A DNA stretch of 64,000 nucleotides. Source: an uncultured Bacilli bacterium. GTDB taxonomy: Bacteria > Bacillota_I > Bacilli_A > RF39 > UBA660. Shown here piece after piece: positions 42,743 through 53,704 of the stretch. The position numbers and the translations under genes are program-made. The stretch lies in the NCBI GenBank assembly GCA_947589275.1, contig CANQAQ010000001.1:4884-68883 (forward strand). Direction: 5' to 3'. The number at the start of each line of letters is the position of its first letter. The first letter of the stretch is position 1. The notes beneath the pieces were generated by a model. The model made no database searches and had not been told where the DNA came from. It saw only the letters and a program-made list of their open reading frames with translations.

Positions 42743-44560
42743 ATGAAGTATGAAATAATAGTTGTTGGAGGAGGACATGCTGGTTGTGAAGCAGTGCTTG
42801 CTTCTGCTAATAAAGGACATAAAACATTATTAGTAACAGGAAGTAAAGATACAATTGCTATGATGCCTTGTAATCCATCAATTGGAGGTTCTGCTAAAGG
42901 AATAGTTGTAAGAGAAATAGATGCTTTAGGAGGATGGATGGGAAAAGTTGCAGATAAAACATTAATACAAATGAAAATGTTAAATAGTGGAAAAGGCCCA
43001 GCAGTTAGATCACTTCGAGCACAAGCAGATAAAATAACATACCCTAGAGAAATGTTAAAATTGTTAGAAAATAATAAAAATATCGATATAATAGAAGAAA
43101 TAGTAGAAGATATAATAGTAGAAAAAAATAAAATAAAGGCTGTTAAATTATCAACAGGAAAAGAAATTATGTGTGATGCATTAATTTTAACTACAGGAAC
43201 ATATATGAAAGCTAATATACTTGTTGGTGAAAGTAGAACAGTAAGTGGTCCAAATGGTACAAGACCTTCACTATATTTAAGTGATAATTTAAAAAAATTA
43301 GGTTTTAAATTATTAAGGTTAAAAACAGGTACTCCACCAAGAATAGATAGAAGTACAATAGATTTTTCAAAGACAAAAAGAGAAGATGGAGATAATAAAC
43401 TTTATACTTTTTCATTTGATAATGATGCATATTATACTATTGAAAAACAAGAACCATGCTATTTAACTTACACAACACAAGAAACTCATAATATAATAAA
43501 AGAAAATTTAAGTAAATCAAGTATGTATGGCGGATTTCATAAAAACTTAGGTATAGGTCCAAGATATTGTCCATCAATAGAAGACAAAGTAGTTAGATTT
43601 GCAGATAAAGAACGTCATCAATTATTTTTAGAACCAGAGAGTTTATATTATACTGATATTTATCTTCAAGGATTTTCAACAAGTATGCCATACGATGTTC
43701 AAGAAAAAATGGTACATAGCTTGCCAGGACTTGAAAATGCTAAAATACTTAAATATGCTTATGCAATAGAATATGATGCCATCGATTCAAAAGAGTTAAA
43801 ACCATCATTAGAAACAAAGATTATAGATGGTTTATTTACTGCAGGACAAATAAATGGTACTAGCGGGTATGAAGAAGCAGCAGGACAAGGATTAATAGCA
43901 GGAATAAATGCAGCATTAAAATTAGAAGGTAAAGATCCATTAATTCTTAAAAGAGATGAATCTTATATTGGTGTATTAATAGATGACTTAGTTACTAAAG
44001 GAGTAAAAGATCCATATAGACTTTTAACATCAAGAGCAGAATATAGGTTACTATTAAGACATGATAATGCGGATTTAAGACTTAGAAAATATGGTTATGA
44101 AGTAGGACTTATAAATGAAGATCAATATCAAAAGTTAGTAAATAAACAAACAAATATAAAAAATATAATAGAAGAATTAAAAAGTATAAAAATAAAAGAT
44201 AAAAAAAATATAAATGCATATGATTACTTAAAAAGAACTGAAATAACAATGGATGATTTAAAAGAAAAACTATCAAAAAAATACGGCGAATTAGAACTTG
44301 AACAAGCAGAAATAATGGTTAAATATGAAGGCTATATAAAGAAAACAAAAAAAGAAGCAGAAAAAATGAGAAAACTTGAAAATAAAAAAATTCCAAAAGA
44401 TATAGATTATGATAAAATATCAAATTTGGCAAGTGAAGCTAGGATAAAATTGAAAGAAATTAGACCAGAAAGTTTTGGTCAAGCAAGTAGAATAAGTGGA
44501 GTAAATCCATCAGATATTTCAATATTATCTATATATATGAAGAGGTATTTTAATGACTAA
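42743..44560 (+). CDS. mnmG: tRNA uridine 5-carboxymethylaminomethyl modification enzyme MnmG
   Basis: FAD-binding VVGGGHAGCEA; 605 aa. Its own promoter and a terminator lie upstream (42650-42742). Confidence 0.97.
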   Translation: MKYEIIVVGGGHAGCEAVLASANKGHKTLLVTGSKDTIAMMPCNPSIGGSAKGIVVREIDALGGWMGKVADKTLIQMKMLNSGKGPAVRSLRAQADKITYPREMLKLLENNKNIDIIEEIVEDIIVEKNKIKAVKLSTGKEIMCDALILTTGTYMKANILVGESRTVSGPNGTRPSLYLSDNLKKLGFKLLRLKTGTPPRIDRSTIDFSKTKREDGDNKLYTFSFDNDAYYTIEKQEPCYLTYTTQETHNIIKENLSKSSMYGGFHKNLGIGPRYCPSIEDKVVRFADKERHQLFLEPESLYYTDIYLQGFSTSMPYDVQEKMVHSLPGLENAKILKYAYAIEYDAIDSKELKPSLETKIIDGLFTAGQINGTSGYEEAAGQGLIAGINAALKLEGKDPLILKRDESYIGVLIDDLVTKGVKDPYRLLTSRAEYRLLLRHDNADLRLRKYGYEVGLINEDQYQKLVNKQTNIKNIIEELKSIKIKDKKNINAYDYLKRTEITMDDLKEKLSKKYGELELEQAEIMVKYEGYIKKTKKEAEKMRKLENKKIPKDIDYDKISNLASEARIKLKEIRPESFGQASRISGVNPSDISILSIYMKRYFND

Positions 44561-45257
44561 AGAAGAATTTATAGAAGAATTAGAAAAATTGAATATCAAG
44601 GTTACAGAAGAAAAACTATCAAAATTAGAAAAATACTATGAACTAATTATAGAATATAATAATAAAATAAATTTAACTACAATCATAAAAAAAGAAGATG
44701 TATATTTAAAACATTTTTATGACAGTTTAACATTAGTAAAATCATATAATCTAGAAGAAAAAATATCAATTTGTGATATTGGAACAGGTGCAGGATTTCC
44801 TGGTATAGTTTTAAAAATATTCTTTCCAAACCTTAAAGTTACATTAATTGAATCATTAACAAAAAGAGTAAAATTTTTAAATTATGTAATAGAACAACTT
44901 GATTTAAAAGATATAGAAGTTTTTAATGAAAGAGCTGAAATATTTTCTAAAAGAAATGTAGAAAAATTTGATGTAGTAACATGTAGGGCAGTTTCCAAAT
45001 TAAATATTATACTTGAATTATGTGTAAAAATGACAAAAGTTAATGGTTATATAATACCAATGAAATCAAATATAGAAGAAGAATTAAAAAATATATCAAA
45101 TTGCTTAGATAAACTTGATTGCAAAATAGAAAAAATAATAGAATTTAACCTTCCTTTTGAAAATAGTAGAAGGAATCTAGTTAAAATAAAAAAAGTAAAT
45201 ATTACAAATAATAAATATCCTAGAAATTTTGATAAAATTAAGAAAAATCCATTGTAA
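44553..45257 (+). CDS. rsmG: 16S rRNA m7G527 methyltransferase
   Basis: GidB family (DIGTGAGFPG). Confidence 0.9.
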   Translation: MTKEEFIEELEKLNIKVTEEKLSKLEKYYELIIEYNNKINLTTIIKKEDVYLKHFYDSLTLVKSYNLEEKISICDIGTGAGFPGIVLKIFFPNLKVTLIESLTKRVKFLNYVIEQLDLKDIEVFNERAEIFSKRNVEKFDVVTCRAVSKLNIILELCVKMTKVNGYIIPMKSNIEEELKNISNCLDKLDCKIEKIIEFNLPFENSRRNLVKIKKVNITNNKYPRNFDKIKKNPL

Positions 45258-45297
45258 AAAGTGGATTTTTATTGTACACTATTTATTAGAATAAGAA

Positions 45298-46344
45298 GTG
45301 AGGGGTAACATGAATAATAAGGAAACAATAGAAGTTGCTTTAGATGATATAATTCCAAATAGATTTCAACCAAGGCTATCATTTGATGAAAATGGTCTTA
45401 ATGAACTTGCCGAATCTATAAGACAACATGGTATAATACAACCTTTAGTTCTTCGAAAAATAGGAGATAAATATGAGATAATAGCAGGAGAAAGAAGATA
45501 TAAAGCTGCCTATATTGCAGGTCTTACTAAAGTTCCAGCAATCATTATGAATTTAGATGATAATGAATCTGCTGAAGTAGCTATTGTTGAAAATATACAA
45601 AGAAGAGATTTATCTGCAATAGAAGAGGCTAAATCTTATAAAAAACTATTAGATAGAGATTATTTAACGCAAGATGAGCTAGCAGGAAAGATGGGAAAAA
45701 CACAAGCAACAATTTCTAATAAATTAAGGTTATTAAATTTGGATGAAAAAGTTCAGGAAGCTTTGTTAAATAATAAAATATCAGAGCGACATGCAAGAAG
45801 TTTACTTAAATTAGAAAATCCACTTGAACAACGTGAAATTTTAAATGAAATAATTAGTAAAAGACTTAATGTAAGAGATACTGAAGATTTAATAAATAAA
45901 AAAATAGGAAAATCTAACGATAATTTTGTACAAGTTTCTGGAATATCTAACTTAAATATTGATTCAAAAGAAGAAGATAATTTATTAGAGTTTCCAAAAT
46001 TTGTTTCTCAAAATACAGAAAATAATGAATTAAATTCTCAAACAATTACTTCAGAACAAACTAATTTAAATACACCTATTGATCTTGATAGCTTCTTTGG
46101 TATGAGTAGCGTAGATAATACTAATAACCAACCTTCTGAAGATATAGAAGAAATAGAAACAATACCAGATGAAGTATTACCATTTGGAACTGAAACGGAA
46201 AACTTTAATAATAATATTGATCAAGCAATAGAAAAAATAAATAATATTGTTAAAGAATTAGAACAATTAGGTTATAAAGTTAAATTAGAGCAATATGATT
46301 TTGAAAAACTATATCAATTTATAATAAAAATAAATAAAGAATAA
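45298..46344 (+). CDS. parB: ParB/Spo0J-family partition protein with a divergent low-complexity C-terminal region
   Basis: N-terminal ParB box and HTH (GIIQPLVLRK...IIAGERRYKAA...VENIQRRDL). The C-terminal about 150 aa are acidic and N/E-rich and do not resemble the canonical dimerisation domain. Confidence 0.75.
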   Translation: MRGNMNNKETIEVALDDIIPNRFQPRLSFDENGLNELAESIRQHGIIQPLVLRKIGDKYEIIAGERRYKAAYIAGLTKVPAIIMNLDDNESAEVAIVENIQRRDLSAIEEAKSYKKLLDRDYLTQDELAGKMGKTQATISNKLRLLNLDEKVQEALLNNKISERHARSLLKLENPLEQREILNEIISKRLNVRDTEDLINKKIGKSNDNFVQVSGISNLNIDSKEEDNLLEFPKFVSQNTENNELNSQTITSEQTNLNTPIDLDSFFGMSSVDNTNNQPSEDIEEIETIPDEVLPFGTETENFNNNIDQAIEKINNIVKELEQLGYKVKLEQYDFEKLYQFIIKINKE

Positions 46345-46379
46345 AAATTAAAATAAATATTTTATGTTATTAATAATTT

Positions 46380-48356
46380 TTATTCTTCTTTTTTTTCATC
46401 TAAAACATCCATAGAATCACCATCATAAGTTGTTGGTTGTGTTCCTTTTAGATAATATACTATTTTTCTTCTTTTTGAAGAATTAGTAGCAATTTTACCA
46501 TTTAATGGATTAATTAAAACTGGTATAACATCTTTTGGTTTTTCATACCAACTATCTTCTTTTTCTCTAAGATAATTCTCTATAGTATCTGCCCAAATAT
46601 TTTTTGAATATTTATATTCATTTCTACCTATAGGTTTATTATTATCATATCCAACCCAAACACCTAAAGTATAATCTTTATTATATCCCATAATCCAAGA
46701 ATCATTATCTGTAGTTCCTGTTTTAATAGCATATTTCTTTGTAAGTTTTGGTTTTATACTTATACATGTAGGAGAAGTATAATCAGTGAGTGTATCATCA
46801 TAGCAACCATTTAGAAGTTCACTTAAAATATATGTATAATTTTTATTAAAAACTTTTTTACTATTTTTCTTTTTTTTGTATACTATTTCTCCATTTTCAT
46901 TTTCAACTTTTCTAATTAAATATAAATCATTTTTAATTCCTTCATTAGCAAAAGTTGAATAAGCATTAACAAATTCCATCATATTTAATTCTGTAGTTCC
47001 AAGAGGTAAAGATACATTTTCTTCTAATTTTGTTTTTATACCTGCTTTATTTGCAATATTAATCATTGCACTTTCACCTAAAAACAAATGAGTTTTTATT
47101 GCAAATATATTGTCAGAATAGGCAAGAGCAATTGTAAGTGGAATTGGATATGATGGATATATGTTACCAAAATTACTAGGAGTATATGTTTGATCATTAC
47201 CTAAGCTAAATGTTGTTGGTTCTGATAAAAATGTAGAAGAGGCAGTAAATCCATTTTCTAAAGCAGCATAATATAAAAATGGTTTCATTGTAGATCCTAC
47301 TTGTCTTTTTGAATATAATGCTCTATTATATTGACTTTTTTCATAATTTTTTCCCCCAGCTAATGCTATTATTTTACCATTTTCATTTTCAACCATTATT
47401 GAAGAAGTTTCAATATCATTTATATTACCAATACTATTATTAATAGCATTTTCAAGGTTAGTCTGTGCTTCTAAATCTAAATTTGTATAAATCTTTAAAC
47501 CATTATTATCTAAATAATCATCAGGGATTATTTTAAGATCTTTAAGTTCATCCATAACAGCATCTTTGTAATACATAAGTGTAGATAAGTTTAAACTATC
47601 TTTTTTTCCATAATAAGTGAGTTTTACATTATAAGCTTCATCAGCTTCTTTTTTAGATATATAATTATTTTTAACCATATTATTTAATATGATTCTTTGT
47701 CTTTTTTTTGCTTTAATCTCATTATTAATTGGTGAATATTCTTGAGGATACCCTGGAATTCCTGCTAACATCGTTGCTTCTGCTAAAGATAAACTTTCAG
47801 CACCTTTATTGAAATAATATTTAGCAGCATTTTGAATGCCCATAACACCATTACCGTAATTTATAGTATTTAAATATCCTTCTAATATTTCATCTTTTGA
47901 ATAATTAATTTCTAATTTCAATGCAAGTAAAGCTTCTTTAATTTTTCTTGACCAATTTCTATCAAAATTTAAATAAAGATTTCTAGCATATTGTTGTGAA
48001 ATAGTAGATGCTCCTTCAACAATATTTTTATATTTTATATTACTATATATAGATTTTATTATTCTAATATAATCAAATCCATTATGACTATAAAATCTTT
48101 TATCTTCAGTTGAAATAGTCGCATTAATTAAATCTTTATCAATTAAATTTAAACTTATCCACTCTTTAGATCCATTTCCTTTAAAGAAAGCCTTGTCATT
48201 TTTATCATAAAGTATAACATTATTAGTTTTTTTAAGATCTAATTTTGGAGAAAGTTTTATATAGGTATATAAAAATGAAAATATAATACATATAAAAAAA
48301 GCAAAAAAAACAAATAATTTTAATAATATTTTTCTAATTTTCATTAATCTCACCAT
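46380..48356 (-). CDS. class A penicillin-binding protein (bifunctional transglycosylase/transpeptidase)
   Basis: GT51 motifs (EDKRFYSHNGFD), transpeptidase SxxK (STMKP) and KTG motifs, and an N-terminal transmembrane anchor. Confidence 0.85.
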   Translation of the reverse strand: MVRLMKIRKILLKLFVFFAFFICIIFSFLYTYIKLSPKLDLKKTNNVILYDKNDKAFFKGNGSKEWISLNLIDKDLINATISTEDKRFYSHNGFDYIRIIKSIYSNIKYKNIVEGASTISQQYARNLYLNFDRNWSRKIKEALLALKLEINYSKDEILEGYLNTINYGNGVMGIQNAAKYYFNKGAESLSLAEATMLAGIPGYPQEYSPINNEIKAKKRQRIILNNMVKNNYISKKEADEAYNVKLTYYGKKDSLNLSTLMYYKDAVMDELKDLKIIPDDYLDNNGLKIYTNLDLEAQTNLENAINNSIGNINDIETSSIMVENENGKIIALAGGKNYEKSQYNRALYSKRQVGSTMKPFLYYAALENGFTASSTFLSEPTTFSLGNDQTYTPSNFGNIYPSYPIPLTIALAYSDNIFAIKTHLFLGESAMINIANKAGIKTKLEENVSLPLGTTELNMMEFVNAYSTFANEGIKNDLYLIRKVENENGEIVYKKKKNSKKVFNKNYTYILSELLNGCYDDTLTDYTSPTCISIKPKLTKKYAIKTGTTDNDSWIMGYNKDYTLGVWVGYDNNKPIGRNEYKYSKNIWADTIENYLREKEDSWYEKPKDVIPVLINPLNGKIATNSSKRRKIVYYLKGTQPTTYDGDSMDVLDEKKEE

Positions 48357-48440
48357 TTTTCTATTTTTATTATGATTAAAAAATAGAAAAATATGAGTGC
48401 ATTTTTATTATATATATGATATAATCTTGCTAGAAAAAGT

Positions 48441-48824
48441 TTGGAGAATTTTATGAAATATTTAATAAATTTTACAATACAAAATAACGAAGAAATAATA
48501 ACAAAGAAAGATATAAAATCAAAATATAATAAAAATATCTTATCTTTTAGTTATGATAAAGAAAATATAAAAATAACAATAAATAAAGATAATTTAATAA
48601 TGCAAAAAGAAAATAATGAATCTTTATTACAATTTAAATTTATATTAAATAAAAAAACTGAAAGTAAATATTTTATAAAAGATTTAAATTTTTATATAGA
48701 TACATATGTTTTAACAAATAATTTAATAATAGAAAACAATAAACTATATATTGAATATGAATTATGGCTACAAGATGAATATTCAGGAAAATTTAAATAC
48801 GAAATAAATATTAAGGAGATGTAA
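48441..48824 (+). CDS. DUF1934-like protein (YwiB homolog)
   Basis: 127-aa beta-rich protein immediately upstream of argS, the same arrangement as B. subtilis ywiB-argS. Confidence 0.5.
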   Translation: MENFMKYLINFTIQNNEEIITKKDIKSKYNKNILSFSYDKENIKITINKDNLIMQKENNESLLQFKFILNKKTESKYFIKDLNFYIDTYVLTNNLIIENNKLYIEYELWLQDEYSGKFKYEINIKEM

Positions 48825-48826
48825 TA

Positions 48827-50536
48827 ATGATAAATTATAAAAAAGAAATATCTAATTTAATATTAAATATACTATCTATAGATGAAAATGAAATATATGA
48901 AAATATTAGTTTAATAAAAGAAAAAGATAAAGGCGATTATACTTTTCCTTGTTTTACTTTATCAAAAAAGTTGAAAAAATCTCCTAAAGAAATATCTGAC
49001 TATTTAAAAGAAAAAATTATAATTCCTAACTTTATAGAAAAGATAGAAAGTGTTAACGGATATTTAAACTTTTATTTAAATAAAGAAGAACTAACTAAAG
49101 CAGTATTTAAAGAATTTGATGAAAAAGGATATGATTATGGTAAATCCAAAATTGGATTAGGTAAAACTGTATTAATAGAATATTCATCACCAAATATTGC
49201 AAAACCATTTCATATTGGTCATTTAAGAACGACTGTAATAGGACATGCTTTATATAATATTTATAAATTTTTAGGGTATAATACGATTAGCATAAATCAT
49301 CTAGGTGATTATGGAACGCAATTTGGTAAATTAATAGAAGCATATAAATTATGGGGAAATGAGTATGATTTAGAAAATAACTCTATGGATCAAATGGTAC
49401 AAATGTATGTAAGAATAAATAAATTATGTAGTGAGGATGAACAAGTACTAGAAAGATGTAGAGAAAATTTTAGACTTTTAGAATCAAAAGATAAATATTG
49501 TGTTGAAATATGGAATAAATTTAAAACTTTAAGTATGGAAGAGTTTAAAAAAATATATGATATTCTAAATATAAATTTTGATTCTTACAAAGGCGAGGCA
49601 TCATATGCATCTTCAATGGATGAAATTATTTCAAAATTAGAATCAAAAGGAAAAATAACAGAATCTGAAGGAGCAAAAATAGTAAATTTAGATAATGAAG
49701 GAATATCTACTCCTTGCATAGTACAAAAAGCAAATGGATCATCTATTTACGCAACTAGAGATTTAGCTGCAATTATATATAGAGCAAAAACATATGATTA
49801 TGATAAGAGTATTTATGTAACAGGTTGTGAGCAGGATCTTCATTTTAAACAGATATTTGCGGTTGCAAAATATTTAGATTTAGATGAAAAGTATATAAAT
49901 GGCTTAACACATGTTTCATATGGTATGTATAGATTAAAAGAAGGAAAAATGTCAACAAGGCAAGGGAATTTTATAAAACTTGAAGATATATTAAATGAAT
50001 CTATATTAAAAGCTAAAGAAATAATAAGGGAAAAAAATCCGGATTTAGAAAATATTGATGATACAGCTAAAAAAGTTGGAATAGGAGCAGTTATATTTAG
50101 TGATTTATATAATTCTAGAATAAAAGATGAGGTTTTTGATATAGATACAATGCTTTCATTTCAAGGTGAAACAAGCCCATATATTCAATATATGTATGTA
50201 AGAATTAATAGCATAATTAAAAAATCATCACAAAATGTATTGCTAAAAGATATAAATTATAGTAAACTTAGTGACGAGCAAACATATAGTATAGTTAAAT
50301 TACTTTATAATTTTACAGATATAGTAATTGATTCATCAACAAAGAACGAACCATATATATTATCTAGATATTTAATAGATTTAGCAAAAAATTATAGTAT
50401 TTTTTATAATCAAAATAAAGTATTATCAGATGATATAGATGAAAGAAATGCTCGTTTATATCTAATAAACATAGTAGGAAATGTTCTAAAAAGTGGATGT
50501 GAATTATTAGGTATTCAAATGCCAGATAAAATGTAG
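48827..50536 (+). CDS. argS: arginyl-tRNA synthetase
   Basis: HIGH (PFHIGHLR) and the class I catalytic core. Confidence 0.95.
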   Translation: MINYKKEISNLILNILSIDENEIYENISLIKEKDKGDYTFPCFTLSKKLKKSPKEISDYLKEKIIIPNFIEKIESVNGYLNFYLNKEELTKAVFKEFDEKGYDYGKSKIGLGKTVLIEYSSPNIAKPFHIGHLRTTVIGHALYNIYKFLGYNTISINHLGDYGTQFGKLIEAYKLWGNEYDLENNSMDQMVQMYVRINKLCSEDEQVLERCRENFRLLESKDKYCVEIWNKFKTLSMEEFKKIYDILNINFDSYKGEASYASSMDEIISKLESKGKITESEGAKIVNLDNEGISTPCIVQKANGSSIYATRDLAAIIYRAKTYDYDKSIYVTGCEQDLHFKQIFAVAKYLDLDEKYINGLTHVSYGMYRLKEGKMSTRQGNFIKLEDILNESILKAKEIIREKNPDLENIDDTAKKVGIGAVIFSDLYNSRIKDEVFDIDTMLSFQGETSPYIQYMYVRINSIIKKSSQNVLLKDINYSKLSDEQTYSIVKLLYNFTDIVIDSSTKNEPYILSRYLIDLAKNYSIFYNQNKVLSDDIDERNARLYLINIVGNVLKSGCELLGIQMPDKM

Positions 50537-50595
50537 AGTCATAAAGGTAAAATAAACATATACATATAGTGTATATTAATGAAAGGAATTATATT

Positions 50596-51045
50596 ATGAG
50601 TATAAGGGAAAAAGAACTATTAGATTTAGAGTTAATGAGTTATACTGATATAGCTTATGAAATAATAAAGGAGGATAAAAAACAATATAATACACCTAAT
50701 TTATTTAAAATTGTATGTGATATATTAAAATTAACAGAATCAGATTTTGAATCTAAAATAGGAGATTTCTTTACAGCATTAACAACAGATAAAAGATTTA
50801 TATTAATTGATAGTGTAAATTGGGATTTAAAAGAAAATCATATTGTTAAAGTAATAGTAGATGATGATTCTGACTCAGAAGAAATAATTGAAGAAGAGAG
50901 CGATGAAACAGAAGAAGAAAATGATGAAGATATAGAAGAAGAAATAGATGAAGATGATTATAGTGAAGATGCAATAGATGATATAGAAGATGAAGATGAT
51001 ATGGATGATTTAACAATAATAGAAGATGAAGATTTAGAGGAATAG
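50596..51045 (+). CDS. rpoE: DNA-directed RNA polymerase delta subunit
   Basis: N-terminal HARE-HTH-like domain (MSIREKELLDLELMSYTDIAYEII...) followed by a long poly-acidic tail (DDDSDSEEIIEEESDETEEENDED...). Start placed at MSIREKE, preceded by AAAGGAATT. Confidence 0.7.
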   Translation: MSIREKELLDLELMSYTDIAYEIIKEDKKQYNTPNLFKIVCDILKLTESDFESKIGDFFTALTTDKRFILIDSVNWDLKENHIVKVIVDDDSDSEEIIEEESDETEEENDEDIEEEIDEDDYSEDAIDDIEDEDDMDDLTIIEDEDLEE

Positions 51046-52110
51046 GTGATAATTATGATAGAGAGATTAGAAAAGACACTAGAGCGATATAATTACCTAA
51101 CAAATGAACTAAGTAAACCAGATGTTTTAAGTGATGTTAAATTAATGACTACTCTATCAAAAGAACAATCATCACTTAGTGATATAGTAGAAAAGTATAA
51201 AGAATATAAATCTATAATAAATGGTATAGAAGAATCAAAACAAATGCTTAATGATAAAGAAATGGCTGAACTTGCAAAAGAGGAATTAACTTCTTTAGAA
51301 TCATCTAAAGAAAAAATAGAAAAAGAATTAGAAATATTATTATTACCAAAAGATCCAAATGATGATAAAAATATCATTATTGAAATAAGAGGTGCAGCAG
51401 GTGGAGACGAAGCAAATCTTTTTGCAGGAGATTTATTTGATATGTACTCTCGTTATGCAGAAAATATGGGTTGGAAAATAGAAGTAATAAATAAAGAAGA
51501 AGGAACAAGTGGAGGATATTCACAAATTGAATTTATAGTTAAGGGTGAAAATGTATATTCTAAACTTAAATATGAATCAGGTGCGCATAGAGTTCAAAGA
51601 GTTCCAAGTACAGAATCACAAGGAAGAGTTCACACATCAACTGCGACAGTTCTTGTTATGCCAGAAGTAGAAGATGTAGATATAGAAATAAAAGAATCAG
51701 ATTTAAGAATAGATGTATATAGAAGTAGTGGTGCAGGAGGACAAGGAGTAAATACAACAGATAGTGCTGTTAGAATTACATATCTTCCTACTAATACAGT
51801 TGTTACATGTCAAGATGAAAGAAGTCAACTAAAGAATAAAGAAAAAGCAATGCGTATATTAAAAAGTAAAATATATGAAGATATGCAAAGTAAACAAAAT
51901 GCAGAAATTTCTGATGAGAGAAGAAGTAAAATTGGAACAGGAGATAGATCAGAAAAAATTAGGACTTATAATTATCCACAAAATAGAGTAACTGATCATA
52001 GAATTAATTTAACAATAATGCAGCTTGATAGAATAATGCAAGGAAAATTAGATGAAATAATTGAGGCATTAATAAATGAAGATCAAAAAAGAAAATTAGC
52101 AGGTAACTAA
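51046..52110 (+). CDS. prfA: peptide chain release factor 1
   Basis: PST-type tripeptide motif (PSTES) and GGQ (SGAGGQGVN). Confidence 0.95.
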   Translation: MIIMIERLEKTLERYNYLTNELSKPDVLSDVKLMTTLSKEQSSLSDIVEKYKEYKSIINGIEESKQMLNDKEMAELAKEELTSLESSKEKIEKELEILLLPKDPNDDKNIIIEIRGAAGGDEANLFAGDLFDMYSRYAENMGWKIEVINKEEGTSGGYSQIEFIVKGENVYSKLKYESGAHRVQRVPSTESQGRVHTSTATVLVMPEVEDVDIEIKESDLRIDVYRSSGAGGQGVNTTDSAVRITYLPTNTVVTCQDERSQLKNKEKAMRILKSKIYEDMQSKQNAEISDERRSKIGTGDRSEKIRTYNYPQNRVTDHRINLTIMQLDRIMQGKLDEIIEALINEDQKRKLAGN

Positions 52111-52829
52111 TGAATGATATTGAGTATATAAATAAATACGTAGAAAAGAGCAAAAGAAAAGAAGCATTACAAAGACTTAAAAATAAAGAACCTGTTCAAT
52201 ATATAGTTGGGAATGTAGACTTTTATGGTTATAAAATAAATATTGATAAAAGGGTATTAATACCAAGATTTGAAACAGAAGAATTAGTTGAAAATACTAT
52301 AAAATATATAAATAAATACTTTAATTCAAATATAGATATATTAGAAATAGGCACTGGCTCAGGATGTATTAGTATAGCGTTAAAAAAAGAATTAAAGAAT
52401 GTAAATATAGTTGCAACAGATATATCAAAAGATGCAATACAAGTAGCGGTAAATAACGCTAAAGAAAACAATGTAAACATAAATTTTATTAATACAAATA
52501 TATATGATGAAATTAATCAAAAATTTGATTGTATAATAAGTAATCCTCCATATATTTCAAAGAGCGAAAAAATAATGGATGTTGTATATAATAATGAACC
52601 TCATTGTGCGCTATTTGCGGATAATAATGGTTTGTATTATTATGAAGAAATACTTAAAAATATATCATCCATATTAAAAGAAAAATATTTAATATGTTTT
52701 GAAATAGGTTTTACTCAAGCAGATAGTATAAAAAAAATGTGTTCAAAATATTTAAGTAATTATACATTTATTGTAAAAAAAGATATGCAAAAAAGAGATA
52801 GAATGATATTTATACATAATTTTGAATAA
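52110..52829 (+). CDS. prmC: release factor glutamine methyltransferase
   Basis: SAM motif (LEIGTGSGCI) and NPPY. Confidence 0.85.
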   Translation: MNDIEYINKYVEKSKRKEALQRLKNKEPVQYIVGNVDFYGYKINIDKRVLIPRFETEELVENTIKYINKYFNSNIDILEIGTGSGCISIALKKELKNVNIVATDISKDAIQVAVNNAKENNVNINFINTNIYDEINQKFDCIISNPPYISKSEKIMDVVYNNEPHCALFADNNGLYYYEEILKNISSILKEKYLICFEIGFTQADSIKKMCSKYLSNYTFIVKKDMQKRDRMIFIHNFE

Positions 52830-52874
52830 ATAATAAAAAATTATCCATAAAGATATTGAAAGGATGATTTTTTT

Positions 52875-53411
52875 ATGAAAAAATATTTACTATTATTTTT
52901 AGGTATATTGGGTATAATATATGTTTTTTCAAATTTTAAAGAAACTGAAAATATAATCCCAGATGATGCAATAAGATTTAGAGTAATTGCAAATAGTAAC
53001 TCAATAAATGATCAAAATGTAAAAATCCAGGTTAGAAATGTAGTGCAAAATAAAATATTTGAATTAATCTCTGGAGTAGATAATATAGATAAAACAAGAA
53101 AAATATTACAATCTAACATAGATGAAATAAATAAATTAGTAAAAGATACACTTAATAAACTAGGTTATAGTGAAAAATTTAATGTTAATTATGGTTATAA
53201 TTATTTTCCAAAAAAGAAATATAAAGGTATAACATATAAAGAAGGAAAATATGAATCTTTAGTAATCACATTAGGTAATGGCGATGGTGATAACTGGTGG
53301 TGTGTATTATTCCCACCATTATGTCTTCTAGAGGCAGATGAATCTAGTTCTAGTGATGCTGAATATACATTCTTTGTTAAAGAACTTATAGAAAAATATA
53401 TAAAGAAATAA
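52875..53411 (+). CDS. spoIIR: stage II sporulation protein R
   Basis: Signal sequence plus an IRFRVIANSNS motif (compare the SpoIIR LR(L/F)HV(L/I)ANSD motif). Confidence 0.7.
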   Translation: MKKYLLLFLGILGIIYVFSNFKETENIIPDDAIRFRVIANSNSINDQNVKIQVRNVVQNKIFELISGVDNIDKTRKILQSNIDEINKLVKDTLNKLGYSEKFNVNYGYNYFPKKKYKGITYKEGKYESLVITLGNGDGDNWWCVLFPPLCLLEADESSSSDAEYTFFVKELIEKYIKK

Positions 53412-53445
53412 TAAGGATAAATCGAAAATAGATTTATCTTTTTTA
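53412..53445 (+). terminator. rho-independent terminator of spoIIR
   Basis: GATAAATC-gaaaata-GATTTATC followed by TTTTTT. Confidence 0.7.
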
Positions 53446-53524
53446 GATTTGTTTTAAAAAATTGACAAAAATAAAACATTATGTTAATATATACCTCGAC
53501 TTTTAATTAATGAGGGGGTTTATT

Positions 53525-53584
53525 ATGAATTCAAATATCAAAATATTAAATGAAAAAGATTTTAAAGGATTCACTCAAATCTAA
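53525..53584 (+). CDS. 19-codon upstream ORF / leader peptide (MNSNIKILNEKDFKGFTQI)
   Basis: Strong promoter (TTGACA-17-TAATAT at about 53453-53481) and a strong ribosome-binding site (GAGGGGG, 7 nt before the ATG). The main gene starts 120 nt downstream with a near-identical RBS-ATGAAT context. Confidence 0.3.
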   Translation: MNSNIKILNEKDFKGFTQI

Positions 53585-53704
53585 CAGAATTATTAAAAAT
53601 GAATAATTATAATATAAATAGTAACACAGAATATGTAAAATTATTTATAGATAAAATAAATAAGGTTTAATAAAATATTATTATATAATTAGGGAGGTTT
53701 ATTT

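Noticed and set aside
53587-53704. Second tiny ORF (MNNYNINSNTEYVKLFIDKINKV) between the leader peptide and gene 53705
   Set aside because: No ribosome-binding site precedes its ATG; it is probably just untranslated leader sequence.
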